Part shown: positions 1 to 11,749 of the stretch, one piece after another
How positions within the stretch are numbered: position 1 is the stretch's first letter
How the letters are laid out: the number at the start of each line of letters is the position of its first letter
From: Toensbergia leucococca
Taxonomy: Eukaryota
Direction of reading: 5' to 3'
NCBI GenBank assembly: GCA_022813965.1
Contig: JALDZS010000105.1
Span: 1-64,000 of the forward strand
Length of the DNA: 64,000 bases
Notes under the pieces: generated by a model
Databases searched by the model: none
The model's input: the letters and a program-made list of their open reading frames with translations, nothing else
Told to the model about the DNA's origin: nothing
Program-made: the position numbers and the translations under genes

Positions 1-387
1 TCTTTCCATACAAAGTAAATACTTCGACTCCGTACAGATATTCTGTAATGATGCAAATAATACGGAGGGTGATGTTTTAAAACATTTAAATGGTGACTTC
101 AGGAGTAACGAGTACGGATATGGATAATATCAATGTGCAACTACAATAATAAATAATACTCCTCCTCCTTTGACATCAAATCGCCAAGTACCTTCTTCAC
201 GTCTGATTGTCTTCAGGACTACATGTGCAGTCCATCGAACATTGATACCATACGAGTAGGCATGCGAGTCTGCTCAAGATAGAATAAGACGGAAACGACT
301 TTGGCTTGCATGCTTTCCACCTTGGGATTTAATTTTATCCCTTCGCTTGGTTGTAGTGCTCTCCTCTAGATGGATCATGTCAGCATC

Positions 388-1252
388 ATGTCAGAGAAGC
401 CAATACACCTCGTAACACATCCTCCAGCTTGCTCTACCGTTCTTGAACGGGTAAGCTCCAACACCATGTCTACCTACCGAAAGCGACGGAACTTTGCAAT
501 GCTCAATTTACCAATACAACCTGTATGTCATTGAAAAGTTCAACCCATGTGTCATTCCTGCCTCACAACTACGAAAACTCCATTGGATCTTTCTCATCCG
601 CAATCCCCGTTCGGATATTCCGAGCTTGTATCGCGTATCAAATCAACGGCCCAGCTCCCACAGCGGCTGGCGTGGATTCTAGCACGAAAATTGTGGATGT
701 GATGAACTTGGGCGACTCATTGAGTATCTTGGATGGACACATCAGGTTCGACTGAATATTGCTAGAAGCACGAGCTACAATTCTGCCAAGGCGGATAACT
801 GCAATGACAACTCCGCATTGGAGATATGTCTGGTTGACGCAGATGACTTCCTGGATGACCCTGCAGGTGTCGTCAAGGCCTATTGTAGATCTGTCGGCAT
901 AGCCTACGACGACTCATTGCATATCTGGGACTTGACTGAGAAGCGTGAGCAGGCTGAAAGACATTTTGGAGGTTGGTGGAGGTTGGAGGACCTTTCATGA
1001 CATGGCAGTGAAGAGCACACCGTTACAGCCACGAGGTCCTGTGAGTCATCTACTCTAATGCTCAATGGTTTAAATCATCATTTTGGGATTCATAGCTGAT
1101 AGACTTTCTTGAAACGCAAAGAAGCCCACCTTGATTGTTCAAGAAGAGTATTTAGCCTAGGTTGAGGAGTTTGGTACGCACGAAGCCGCCATCATCAGGA
1201 CAAACGTTGAAGTCATTACAACTGTATGAAGCAATTTGCGCTCAAGCCTTGA
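388..1252 (+). pseudogene. Decayed P-loop/sulfotransferase-like fungal protein (HPRACSTAFER-type family)
   Basis: ATG 388 gives MSEKPIHLVTHPPACSTVLER followed by a GTAAGC donor. Later fragments: NPCVIP..HWIFLIRNPRSDIPSLYR, VDADDFLDDPAGVVKAYCRSVGI, and EEYLA*VEEFG..IIRTNVE / YNCMKQFALKP*. These match family motifs but contain an in-frame TAG (about 1158), frameshifts and apparently missing segments. Confidence 0.7.
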
Positions 1253-2996
1253 ACATTTCCTTCATAAGCAATTGGAAAACATTTCCTCAAGGATCAAGTT
1301 AATTTCTTGACTGCCAGAATGTACATCCTACAAAGAAAGCGGTGGAGAGAGATCTCCGAGAGTCTTGGAGATGTCGAGCAAGGCGTATAGACCAGACCTA
1401 TCGCTACTCAGTTTCTCAATATCGGGTTGAACCAAGTAAAACAGATCGGCGTACTAGCTTCACTCTCAGCCTTTGACATGCAGAATCCACAGAATGTTCA
1501 TAAATTCAGGCACAAGGATGATGAACCAAGGCAAGAACGATGAATCACTGTACGCAATTGAGGTAGGTTATGCATCTATTCTTGTTCATGATCTTCTTCT
1601 GCGCTCAAAGCTAGCAGCGGCATCTTGCAGCGCCATATGCGAATAAGATCCATACTTAGTTTGCTGCAGCTGCAGAACACTTGAATGGGCTGTCGTACAG
1701 GTGCGACCTAATCATACAGACTCGGGATTTATCACTGAGAAATTTCACCTCACATCTTGACTAAATCTTTCACCTTCATTTTATGTCTATCTACCTCCTC
1801 AATATCTTTTCAATCAGAGCTAATATGATCATAACAACCCTTCACCTCATCTCGTTTCCCTCTTATATCTACCCCCAAACACATAAATTTCCACAAGAGG
1901 TACACCCCCGCCTCAACAAAAATGGCCTCAAAATCCATTCACCGCCACGCTCTCAATCCCTCAGTGAGATGCTAGGTAATACCCGATGTCAACTCTGAAG
2001 GCTCTGAGATATCTGCCGTGAGTTTTGAGTAGACAAATTCCCGTCGCGCTCCCTTACTAACGCCGTGTAGAACCTCCCTTGATGCAGAAGAGGATGAAGG
2101 CTGACGTTTGACCTGATAGAGAACATTGGCTCAAGGTAATGCAAAGCCAAGCTTTGGTACTGGCGGACTTTGTCAACGATGATGATACTGCAGTGATGCG
2201 TTAGCCAGATACTTTCCACGACACATCATATACACGATCTTGCCTTGTTATCTTATCAATAGCGAAAGCATCATTCTTGAACCCAAAAATCGCAGGGATA
2301 TAGAGCATAGGGTTAGGCTTTCTTGGGGTCAGAGCAAGCTCGGTTAGACGGGTGACCAAAAGAAGGAAATGCACGAAAGCCAGAAGAAATAGCACATGCA
2401 CCGGGTACATGTCCAATGTCGAGATGATCAAAAAATCGAAAGTTGTTTTCGAGAATCGAGTCACTAATAGATGACTTCTTCCTTGCGCAAACGTGGTGTG
2501 ACAGCGGCGGTTTGAGATGTGATCCCATAATCATGGGACTGGGCCTGCTCTCGATTCAAAGAGGTCCAATGATTGCGACGTTTCCTGGAAACTAGATTCG
2601 CGCGTCTTTTGTTCAAAGGCTTCGGCTCTGGCGCTGGAAGCACAAGACAGAGCTAATCTACAAGATGGATTAATGTTCTCTGGATAGAGTCGTTGGCAGT
2701 ATGAACGACGTTTTTAATTCTAGTGGGAAGCAAGCAATGCGACATACATGTTTCCTGCAAAAATAATAGGCTTCTTGTAGCTCGATCAGCTAGATACCGA
2801 GTCTGAAACATTACTTTTGGACGACGACCCATTTGTAGACCATTTTCACATATCAAGGAACAAAAGTAAGACCCACAACCTCATCCACAACATCGGTAAT
2901 ATATATTCATTGTGGCATCCTCCCATAGCTCTTCAACTACCCAACGACGGCATTCAACAATCCGCAAATATAGACCTGTTAGGCTTTCCCTATCCC

Positions 2997-3431
2997 TCAC
3001 TGATGGTCCTCTGGTCCCAATGGCTTGTCCCCCTGCTTCTCCACATGTTTCCTCTTACTCTTAGCACTTTCCGCCGGGTGCTGCTTCATCTCGTCCTCAA
3101 TCGGTGTAGCCTCATCTCCCTCCCCAGCTAGCGGAGTCGATCCCTCTGTCACATTCGAGTAGGCTGGGCCACCTGTGTCGGAGGAGGTGGGCCCATCAGT
3201 GGCACGCGAGGACTTGGCGGTTTGGTCCTCTTTGGAGACGGATTGTGGGTTGCCGGTTGTAGCATTGCGGAGAGAGAAGAGTGCTAGGAAGGTAAGCCTT
3301 GGGTCGATGAACATGAAATGGCAAAGGGACAGCGGAGGGAGGGACGTACAGGTCTGTGGGGTCAAGAAGCGGGAGTGGAGGAGCGTTGTAGGACGCGTAG
3401 ACAGGCGGTGAAAATGACGAATAGAAGCCAT
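2997..3431 (-). CDS. Small hypothetical protein with mitochondrial-presequence-like N-terminus
   Basis: ORF of 144 codons containing an in-frame 66-nt intron at 3284-3349 (GTACGT...GCTTAC...CTAG on the minus strand). Arg/Ser/Thr-rich N-terminus without acidic residues; hydrophilic C-terminus. Confidence 0.65.
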   Translation of the reverse strand: MASIRHFHRLSTRPTTLLHSRFLTPQTCTSLPPLSLCHFMFIDPRLTFLALFSLRNATTGNPQSVSKEDQTAKSSRATDGPTSSDTGGPAYSNVTEGSTPLAGEGDEATPIEDEMKQHPAESAKSKRKHVEKQGDKPLGPEDHQ

Positions 3432-4427
3432 ACTTGTTGGATGAGTATTGAGGACTCGACTGAGGATTTGGTCGTGGTGACGGGTTGAAGCAAGAATGAT
3501 CTGGCTCTACCTTGAGATGGACCAAGTGGTGAAAGACATCATGTCATAGCTGTCTTATTCGTCGACGACGTCATCACCCTCGGTCTGATAGAATAGTTAT
3601 CATTGCCGTTTCCTCGATTGTCGTCGGCTTCTGAACCTCGCTATTCGAGACGATGCGTTCATTGAAGATGGAAGCGCAGGCGTTGGTCTTATTAGTGCTC
3701 TACTCCTCTGAGAGCTTCTCCGTGGGCTCGATATGGCGGAGAGAGAGAGATCACTTACCTTGAGCTTCCAGCGTCTTGCTCTGGAGCCATCTCTCATCGC
3801 AGCATCTTCAATCTGTACGCAAAGACATCTTTCTCCTTCTATCGATACATGTCCAGCAGGAAAGGAAAGGCCCCTTCGATAAAGCCACTATTCAGGTCTA
3901 CCTAGGTAGTGGAGCTAATCGAATTTGGGCTAAGTACGGATACCGTGGTAAATACCTTACTCTACACCTCCTTAATGCCTCCACTTCCACAGTTCCACCC
4001 CTCATCAACAAGATCATCATTAAGCACGCTTTGGTGCTGGTGGACACACTAATTCGTCTCATGATAAGAGCCATCCTAGTACATCCTCTCGAAGAATGAC
4101 CCGCAGTCCCTAGACTCTTTCTTGTCATCACCCAAGTCTCTTCCGGATACAAACCATTCAAAGTGCGGCTCAAATTCGCAAGAAGGTAGGGGATCGAGTT
4201 AGCGATGAGTTGAAATAGGACCGCAAATGTTCGTCACAAACCTGATGATGAGACAATAGCATTCTCATCATCCTTGGCTAGACTCATTCAAATATGAAAC
4301 ATGTCCCCCACTCGCGACTCCCGATCAGTATTTGAAATACTATCATCATAGCTGGGAGAGCAAGCGTGGTCCTTTTCCTATATATCCTTGCACCTCTACC
4401 CCGATTGAGATTCCGCTCGAAATAGCC

Positions 4428-4982
4428 ATGATTCTATATCCTCTTCTCCATCACATTCTCCTATTCTCGCTATTGGCCTCGTTCGTCGTAGCAGCCCCCA
4501 CATCTCTAAATCCTCACTCTATTCTAAAGTCCTTGTCTAAACGCTATCTCGTTCAATGTTTTCAGCAACGCAAACGCCCAAACTCTCCTCTTCCGGACAT
4601 TATTCTTCAAGATTGCTACGACACTCTTCAACAGTTGCATTGCGGCGATAAAGCCGAAGCCAGAATGGATATCTCCCGCACAAGTGGCTTCATAGTACCT
4701 CATTCCTGGCAATCAGGCACTTGCATCATCGCCATCAATACTGTGGAGCCGGATATGCAACTATCCATGACTATGATTGAGATCGGCTTAAGGGCATATG
4801 AGATTGTGCAAGAATGCGTTGCGCATACCGTCACTCCCATAGGCGGAAGGGGTATAGCGAGTCCGGAAGACGAGGGCTTGGGAAATGGACTACAGATATA
4901 TGTATCTGGGCGGCCACAACCGCCAAAGAGACGTCCTACATACATGACCATGGACTTTGGGATGTCTTGTGCCCTCTTATAG
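4428..4982 (+). CDS. Small secreted Cys-rich protein (KP4/Ecp2-like cysteine pattern)
   Basis: Signal peptide MILYPLLHHILLFSLLASFVVAAP, Kex2-like LSKR site, then C..DC..P-x-SW-x-SGTC-I-I..IVQEC..GG pattern. Single exon. Confidence 0.75.
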   Translation: MILYPLLHHILLFSLLASFVVAAPTSLNPHSILKSLSKRYLVQCFQQRKRPNSPLPDIILQDCYDTLQQLHCGDKAEARMDISRTSGFIVPHSWQSGTCIIAINTVEPDMQLSMTMIEIGLRAYEIVQECVAHTVTPIGGRGIASPEDEGLGNGLQIYVSGRPQPPKRRPTYMTMDFGMSCALL

Positions 4983-5619
4983 ATGGATCTAATGCCAAAG
5001 TCCAAGAAAGAGCAGACACATGAGCGCTCGGAGAAGCTACGGAATTGCATTATTTTGTCTTCGTGGTCGTGAACAACCAACGAGAGTGACATGGGATACA
5101 TTTTGAGTCATAGATCTCCGAGCGCATGATGCAAAAGGTTGCGACGCAAGGATAATTGGTAGCCTAACATTTCCGATATGGAAGATTGTCCGTTGTCTTA
5201 TATATCGCCAGACCTGTAACTGAGCAGACTGTAGTTGGATCCGAGCAAGGCTGATGCCTGCCACAATCAAGTCCTTGGCTATCAAGTGTGCAAAGGGACT
5301 GTGAAGATTGAATCGGGCCAACTTACGGATACATGGCAGGAAAAAGGAGTACTATCTCAGGGGAATCCAAGCGATCCTATCCGCTGCAACATTGATGCAT
5401 CCACTTCAGCGACTTGCGCAATTGGCGCACTTGAAACTCTCGTGGACTAATTGGCAAGAATTGAATCCATCTCGTCTTTCCCATGTCGGCAACAGGTTTC
5501 GAAGCAACTCTCACATACCTCTCTTGCGACATCACGAATGGAAAAGCACGTCCCAAGGCCAAACAGAGACATGATACAACTACCAACGTCTTTCCTCTCC
5601 ACAATGGCCATCTCAAAGC

Positions 5620-7066
5620 ATGGACTACCTCTTAGGCCACCAGCCTGCACATGGCATGCTCAGTCCTCGAACCATTCCACCAAGCTGGCATTTTCCAAGG
5701 AACACCAACCCTCCTGTACCCCCAGACTTCTATCGTTGCAACCAGCTTTACGGCAACAACATTGCGGCTGGTGACTGCTGGAGGGCAGCGGCCACCATGC
5801 CTCAGTCCGACCTTATCACCACGTATATGGTGAACACCGAACATTACCAACCCCCGAACTTTATCTTGCCATACTCGGTCACGTTCGGTAGGTATGAATG
5901 GGATCATGACGGTCAGAAAGACTGATTCCCACCCCTAGGATCCTGCCGTGTCTCTGTCCAGACGTCGGGCCCTAGCTATCCGAGATTCTTGTCACTCCGA
6001 CCCAACGCTGTCCGTGCTGTAGCCAGCAACGTAATCCGTAAATGTCCCTCGGAATCCGACGGCATTGGTGGATTTCAGACACTCAATCTTCAGAACCTGA
6101 TTACCTACCTCAGCATGCCTACCACTAACTTGGCCGCGCCTTACCGTGAGACTCTGGATCACGTTCATCCATCATCTTCGAGAGACGAGACTGACATATT
6201 CTTGCCCTAATCCAGCACCTTCAAGCGCCTTTATCACCGTCGCAATAAGCAACTCAAAAGACCCAGAGCCCTCACCCGGTGACACAGATTCATCCGTCGC
6301 CCTTCTCATCGCCGATTCCATGCATGCAAAGGAACGTAAAGAAAGTCAAGGTAGCGAATTATTCAAACATTACGGATTCTTGACGGGAGTTTTCGTTCAT
6401 CAAGCCGTTTCGATGTTGTCAGGAAGCCTGCGTAGCTGGTGGAGCATGGACGCCTCATCATCTGCAGTCCCCGACGAAATGACCTACGAGTGTGATCCAA
6501 AACTAGGCAGCCCGGCCACCGTCGACTGTGCTCACATTGAGTGGAGCGAGCTGGGGAACCCATCGGACACATTCGAAGTGCGACCCGGAGACGTCAAGTT
6601 CCTATCATCAAGTACGTTCCATCACTCCATACATATCTCTTCAAGTACTAAAGCCGACTCCCAGATACCTGCGTCCTCGCAATCTCCGCCGCCATACCCC
6701 TCGTACTCACCTGGGCCCAGGTTCAAATCGCTCTCTCCGCCCTCATGAGCATTTGTATCCAGCATCCGCTCCAAGCATCCCAAGGCGGCAGAGCCTATTT
6801 TGGTGTGTCAACGACCCAACTCAGTGGCCGCAGGGCAAGAAAAAGAGATAATCTGAGCGGTAATAGATAACCGTCATTCCGACCAAAAAAGAATATGGCT
6901 GATGATATAAATTTCTATAGGTCTAAACGCACTCCCACCTCATGCAAACCTCACGCTCTTTGCTCAGCAGGAGCCTTTCCTCGGCGGGGCAAGCGAAGCA
7001 AATACCTGCACGTGGCAGTCAGTGGTGCAGGGGATGGCTGTTGATAGTTGCACGGGGAAGATCTAA
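5620..7066 (+). CDS. Five-exon protein with two tandem Cys-patterned domains, related to the 4428-4982 family; start uncertain
   Basis: GT-AG introns at about 5889-5938, 6146-6215, 6612-6664 and 6860-6920 join the ORF fragments into one frame: ..CNQLYG..DCWRAA..LPYSVTFGSCRVSV..VIRKC..GG..; ..YECDPKLGSPATVDC..NTCVLAI..LMSICI..GGRAY..GLNALPPHANLTLF..CTGKI*. Confidence 0.7.
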
Positions 7067-7379
7067 AGCCTCAGAGTGTCTTTTTCACGCGTTTGATTTT
7101 GTCTAGGATTCGTACAGCCGGTCAGGTTCAAGCCCCAGCTTCTCTATCATCTGTGTCGAGCTCCTGGCTTACTTGAGGAAAGACACTTTTATCTTGAGTC
7201 TTGCGAGGCAAAAGTATCATGATATAGAGGCGTTCTCTTAGGCGTATGAGTATGGGTAGTCGTCACTCGTCAGTGAGAGATGTCATGTGGGTTCCGAGGT
7301 TAGCGAGAAAATAAACACCAAGACGTTAGACAATTAATTGAATCATCTACCACACAACTGCCACAATGATTAGTCTGAA

Positions 7380-8650
7380 CTTTACTCATCTGTGTGAATC
7401 AATCACTCACATATAGATGATGTTTTTGCAACACACATATAAATTTGTCTTCTTCAAGAATAAAAGTCTTATTTACTCTACAATGACCACTCATGAGAAT
7501 TCTCATGACTTCTTACCCTGATGAGTATTCTCTGTATGTAAGGCTTGAAAATTATTTTAGATAGAAATCATGTTATAACTTGTTACGGTAATTTTCTTCA
7601 GAGATAGTAGAACCACAAGATTCTCTCAGATATTGACATGACATTCTTTGCACTTACCCTTCCCTTTTTTATCAACCTCTGCTCTTTTCAACAACTTAAT
7701 CTAACTTTCTGTTTTAAAAGGATATGACTTTTCAAGACTTTGACATCTACATTTCAGTAAAATCTGAACTGAATAAACATCTGTTTATTGACTATATATT
7801 TAGCATTTCTTATCTCTTATCTCATCTTATCTTATCACAGCTATCTTCTCTTTTTTCTCTCTCTCTCTTCTATTTCTCTTCATTCTTCCCTTCTCTCTTC
7901 TCACCTTTTCTTTCTCTCTCTCCCCCCTTACCTTTCTCTGTTTTCTTTTTCCTTTCCCTTTCCCTCCTCACCCCCCCCTTACTCACCTTCAAAAACCCCC
8001 CTCAAAAAAAGAACCAAATCTCTCTCTTACCCTCTCTTACCCTCCCTTTCCCTCGCTCCCCTTTTCCCTTCCCTTCTTCTCTCTCTCTCTCAAAAAACCT
8101 CCTTATCTCTTATCTCTCATCAACAGCACAACACAGCACAAAACAAAACACAAAATCAACAACACACAAAACAAAATGACAACACTCTTAAAAAAATGAC
8201 AAATAGAAAATATGAGAGATGTGGTTGAGAGGGGGAGAGAGAGGGGTTAAAGGGGGAGAAAGCTGAGAGAAAGGTTAGAGAGAGGAGGCGGGGAAGAGTG
8301 AGAGAGAGGGAGAGAGAGGGAGAGGAAGAGGAAGAGTGAGGGAGGGTAAGGAGGGTGAGAAGGGAGATGAGGGCTATTTAAGGAGAGGGCAGGATGAGAG
8401 AATGAAAAAAAAAACAATGAAATAGAAAAGGGGTGAGAGTTGAGAAGCGGGATGTGAGTGACAGAATTAAGAGTTCCGGAGGCCGAAGAGGGGAGGTAAG
8501 AGTGGTTGTGTATCAGAGGGGAAAGTTGGAGAGGGTTAGACTTGGGCGGTACGATGGAGCCAGAGTGAATGTTGAGGTCGAAGTTCCCCAAATATTTCAC
8601 ACATAAACCGACGAATCCTTTTTTTATAAAGAAAAAAACTTTCATGACTA
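7380..8650. repeat. AT-rich, CpG-depleted low-complexity island: CT-rich tract, then A/C-rich spacer, then GA-rich tract
   Basis: Almost no CG dinucleotides. Polypyrimidine at about 7800-8120, polypurine at about 8220-8530. ORFs here are compositional artefacts. Confidence 0.75.
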
Positions 8651-8716
8651 CAGATAACTGATTCCCTTCCTCTCCCTAACATATATACAAAGTAGCCCAA
8701 CTAAAAACACAACTCT

Positions 8717-10417
8717 TTACGGCTTAAACGGCAACAACGCCCTCCTCATCATGGCCATGGGCGGATTCGGTTCATCAATCGAAGTATTATACGTCGCATT
8801 CGTCGGCACGACCGAAAACTGAATCGTCGAGTTGCCCTCGCGATACGTACTCTTCGCCGTCCCAACAGTACTATAGTTCCCCGTGGCATTAATCATTCCA
8901 GTCGAAATATCCAATCCTCCAATCGCGCGTTCAAAGATCGCCAGTGAAGCCAAAGGCTGATAGAATGGAACCTCGTGGCCGCTCTCGTAGATGCGCACGA
9001 AGCTGAACTCGCCGCTCTGCTTGACTTGGCCGTGCACAATGCCGTCCGAGGTGGTGATGTTGACGTAGCCTGCGCTCGAGAAGCCGGGAGCGCCGATCTC
9101 GTTGGATACGGCTTCACCGCCGAGCCAGTTGCAGTTGTAGTCTGCGTCGCCCGTATACATCATGACCGTGACGCCTTGTTCTACCAGATCGAGCATGTCT
9201 TGTACGGTACTTACTTCTCGGCCGTCGTCTCCTGTGGTACCGAATGCAGTACCCACGGCATTGGCATATTCGGAGAAGTTTTGATAGGCCCCGATGGCGG
9301 ACTGAACGGCCGCAGTATTGAGGTAGTCGACGTAGAATTCGTATGGGAATGGATCGGGTTCAAGCTCTCGAAAGTCATATTCATCTCTGTCAAGTACATT
9401 GTCATAGATGGATTCCACTTCGTCGGCACAAAAGTTGTCTGCCGCACTACAGATTTCATTTATCCCACGAGCTGCGCAGTCTTTAAGCTGGTCTACGCAA
9501 TTGCCTGGCCCGTAGAGGTTGTTGTACACCTGCGATTCAACAGAGGCGTTGTAAGGCAGGTAGTCGTATGTGTTGCCCGGATAAACAGTAAAATTATAGT
9601 ATGCTTGATACTGAAGCAGTGGATCATACCAGCCGTTCCCGATCAAAACAGCATTGAGACTGATTTTATGTGCACCGGAAATGTTCTTGGCATTTTGCAT
9701 CTCAATATACTCATTGAATACAGGCCCGTAGTGTCCACCATAACTCTCGGTCGCGAAATTGTATGTTTCTCGGGAATATTGAGGAAAGGCGCCCATGAAG
9801 CCTTGAAGTGTTGCCCAGAAATTGGGAGCGGCGGCGTCGGTGGAATTTGCAGTAAGTGACTCGTTCGGGTAGGAATAAGTGCCACATGTGTCCAATGCCT
9901 GGGCATAATCTGGGCAGGTGGCATTTGGCAGGACGATGATGTCGCTGTTACTTGGGTCTACATAGCCCGGAACAGGAATTGAGTAGGAGAAGCCAACTTG
10001 AGTGGGCTGATCAATGAAGAGCATATTACTAGCATTTGACCATGAGTACGGGTTGCTATAGACATTGCCGTTGATGTCGACTCCACAAGGCCCATTCTCT
10101 TGGAAGAGGCCGATCATAGACGAAGATCCTGGACCTCCATTGATCCATGTTGTCAATGGGGCTGTAGTAGGGTCTGTATTTCTCGCTTCGAAAAACCAGA
10201 AGAAAATATGCTGATTGGGAGCTACATCTGCGTATCCGGAAAAGCTCTTCACGGTTGGATCAAGCTCACAAATACCAGTGGGAACCTGCTTGTAGCGAAC
10301 AGGAATGCCGGCATATCCAATAGCACTTGTGAAGTTGGTCGGAGCAGGCACAAATTGCGCAAGAGTAGCAGGAAACACTGCGCACAGAAGAGAGGTAATG
10401 ATAGTAGGAAACAACAT
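8717..10417 (-). CDS. Secreted serine carboxypeptidase (peptidase S10, carboxypeptidase S1-like)
   Basis: 566-aa single-exon ORF with signal peptide, FFWFFEAR, WINGGPGSSS, FIDQPTQVGFSY, catalytic TESYGGHY, GDADYNCN and GHEVP motifs. Confidence 0.95.
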   Translation of the reverse strand: MLFPTIITSLLCAVFPATLAQFVPAPTNFTSAIGYAGIPVRYKQVPTGICELDPTVKSFSGYADVAPNQHIFFWFFEARNTDPTTAPLTTWINGGPGSSSMIGLFQENGPCGVDINGNVYSNPYSWSNASNMLFIDQPTQVGFSYSIPVPGYVDPSNSDIIVLPNATCPDYAQALDTCGTYSYPNESLTANSTDAAAPNFWATLQGFMGAFPQYSRETYNFATESYGGHYGPVFNEYIEMQNAKNISGAHKISLNAVLIGNGWYDPLLQYQAYYNFTVYPGNTYDYLPYNASVESQVYNNLYGPGNCVDQLKDCAARGINEICSAADNFCADEVESIYDNVLDRDEYDFRELEPDPFPYEFYVDYLNTAAVQSAIGAYQNFSEYANAVGTAFGTTGDDGREVSTVQDMLDLVEQGVTVMMYTGDADYNCNWLGGEAVSNEIGAPGFSSAGYVNITTSDGIVHGQVKQSGEFSFVRIYESGHEVPFYQPLASLAIFERAIGGLDISTGMINATGNYSTVGTAKSTYREGNSTIQFSVVPTNATYNTSIDEPNPPMAMMRRALLPFKP

Positions 10418-10822
10418 AGCTGCGCGAAAAGATGTCTAAGAATCGGGGACGACATGGCTGCGAGTATATACTTGGGTAATGGTAATGCGAAGCTCTCGGG
10501 CTTTGGCGGGAAGGTGGCAGGCTGCAGGGTCGAGGCCGTGTAGGGTAGCAGCATTAGCAGATCGGGCAAGAGCTGGCGGTGGATGGGTGAGTGCATCTTC
10601 ATGAGTATGTTCGGCATAACGATGTTGGATGCAGAATCCTTATCAAGTCTCAACGGTAGGGGAGGAGGGGAGGTAAGGTGAGAGGGTGGGTTTCTCGTGT
10701 GTACTTGGCAAGAAACGGCAAGTGCGAACGAGGAGACACTCCGGACTTGCCTCATTGGGTAACAGACACATCGGAGTGGACGGTGCAATAGGCAAGTTGC
10801 AAGTAAGGTAGGTTGGTACGGA

Positions 10823-10870
10823 GTAGCTCAGGTAGCTCAGGTAGCTCAGGTAGCTCAGGAGCAGCTCAGG
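10823..10870. repeat. 9-bp tandem repeat (GTAGCTCAG)x4 plus one variant copy
   Basis: Read directly from the sequence, upstream of the carboxypeptidase. Confidence 0.9.
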
Positions 10871-10884
10871 TACGGCAACGTCGT

Positions 10885-11344
10885 TGACGTCACTTGATAT
10901 CTTAGGGGCAATCTTATCGGACTCTCCATTCTCTTTGACTAAGGTACTCGTATCTGTACGTCAACGTCGCCGTGCCTGGCACTAACTTGACCAACTTGAC
11001 CAAGATCATAGCGGGGTTGCAGCTTCTTACCTACCAGGTGATACAAGGATTCCTTCGGTGTACTTGGTCTCGCTGTGAGTTCTCGAGTAAAGTAATGTAA
11101 CAGCTCGCTTCCGAGCGATGCACACGTACAGGGATGATATAATAGTCTCGCCGATTAGATTTAAATGACGCGTTTTGGTCAAAATTAGACTTCGATTTCA
11201 CTCCATCCGTGAGAGAACTCGGTAGAGTAAGGATCTGGGTAAGGTAAGGTATGTATTGTGGGCTAGGGGTAGGGTCGGCAGCAGTTTCAGTATTAGATTT
11301 AAAAATTAGGGCTTGACAATCTGTAAACAGATGACGTGACGTCA
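10885..11344. promoter_or_regulatory. Two perfect CRE/ATF palindromes (TGACGTCA) in a divergent promoter
   Basis: TGACGTCA at 10885-10892 and 11337-11344, plus an overlapping TGACGT half-site at 11332. They lie between the divergent carboxypeptidase and GFA genes. Function is inferred. Confidence 0.4.
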
Positions 11345-11749
11345 ATTAACTTTAGAGGTACCTTACTTACCTATCACTCTCAAGAAAGAAATCACTCTTC
11401 ATTCTTCTGCGTGCGAGAATAATTAGAGCAGAAAAAGCCTTTGAAACATCATTATCGTTGTGCCTGGAACTCCGTACGGAGCATGCTTCTCTGCAGCTAT
11501 TCTAGCACAAATGTCAGCACCATCAGCGCCACACGCGCCACACCACACGCCACGGTCATGCCATTAATCATCGCTATCTTCTGGTGAATTTAGGCATCAA
11601 TCGCGATGCTTGATCCAACCTCCATATCATTCCAGCGCGCTCAAGAGCATCACCCCAGATTCCAAGAAAAAGAAAAAAAGTCTTAATCGATTCAAGTGAA
11701 CCAAAAAGTTGAAGATCATATTTCCAAGTACCAAAAGAAAACCTAAGCC

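Noticed and set aside
1900..2750. Protein-like fragments on the minus strand
   Set aside because: Short, stop-interrupted and without a recognisable motif; cannot support a call.
3600..4200. Possible IBR/zinc-finger remnant on the minus strand
   Set aside because: Cys/His spacing too incomplete to support it.
7110..7145. GGTTCAAGCC resembling a tRNA T-loop
   Set aside because: No convincing T-stem, acceptor stem or D-arm.
7724..8645. ORFs of 130-150 aa rich in L/S/F/P
   Set aside because: Artefacts of CT/GA low-complexity tracts, which lack stop codons.
8975..9859. 294-aa plus-strand ORF
   Set aside because: Antisense shadow of the carboxypeptidase. The same applies to the ORFs opposite HOM6, GST, DEF1 and other genes.
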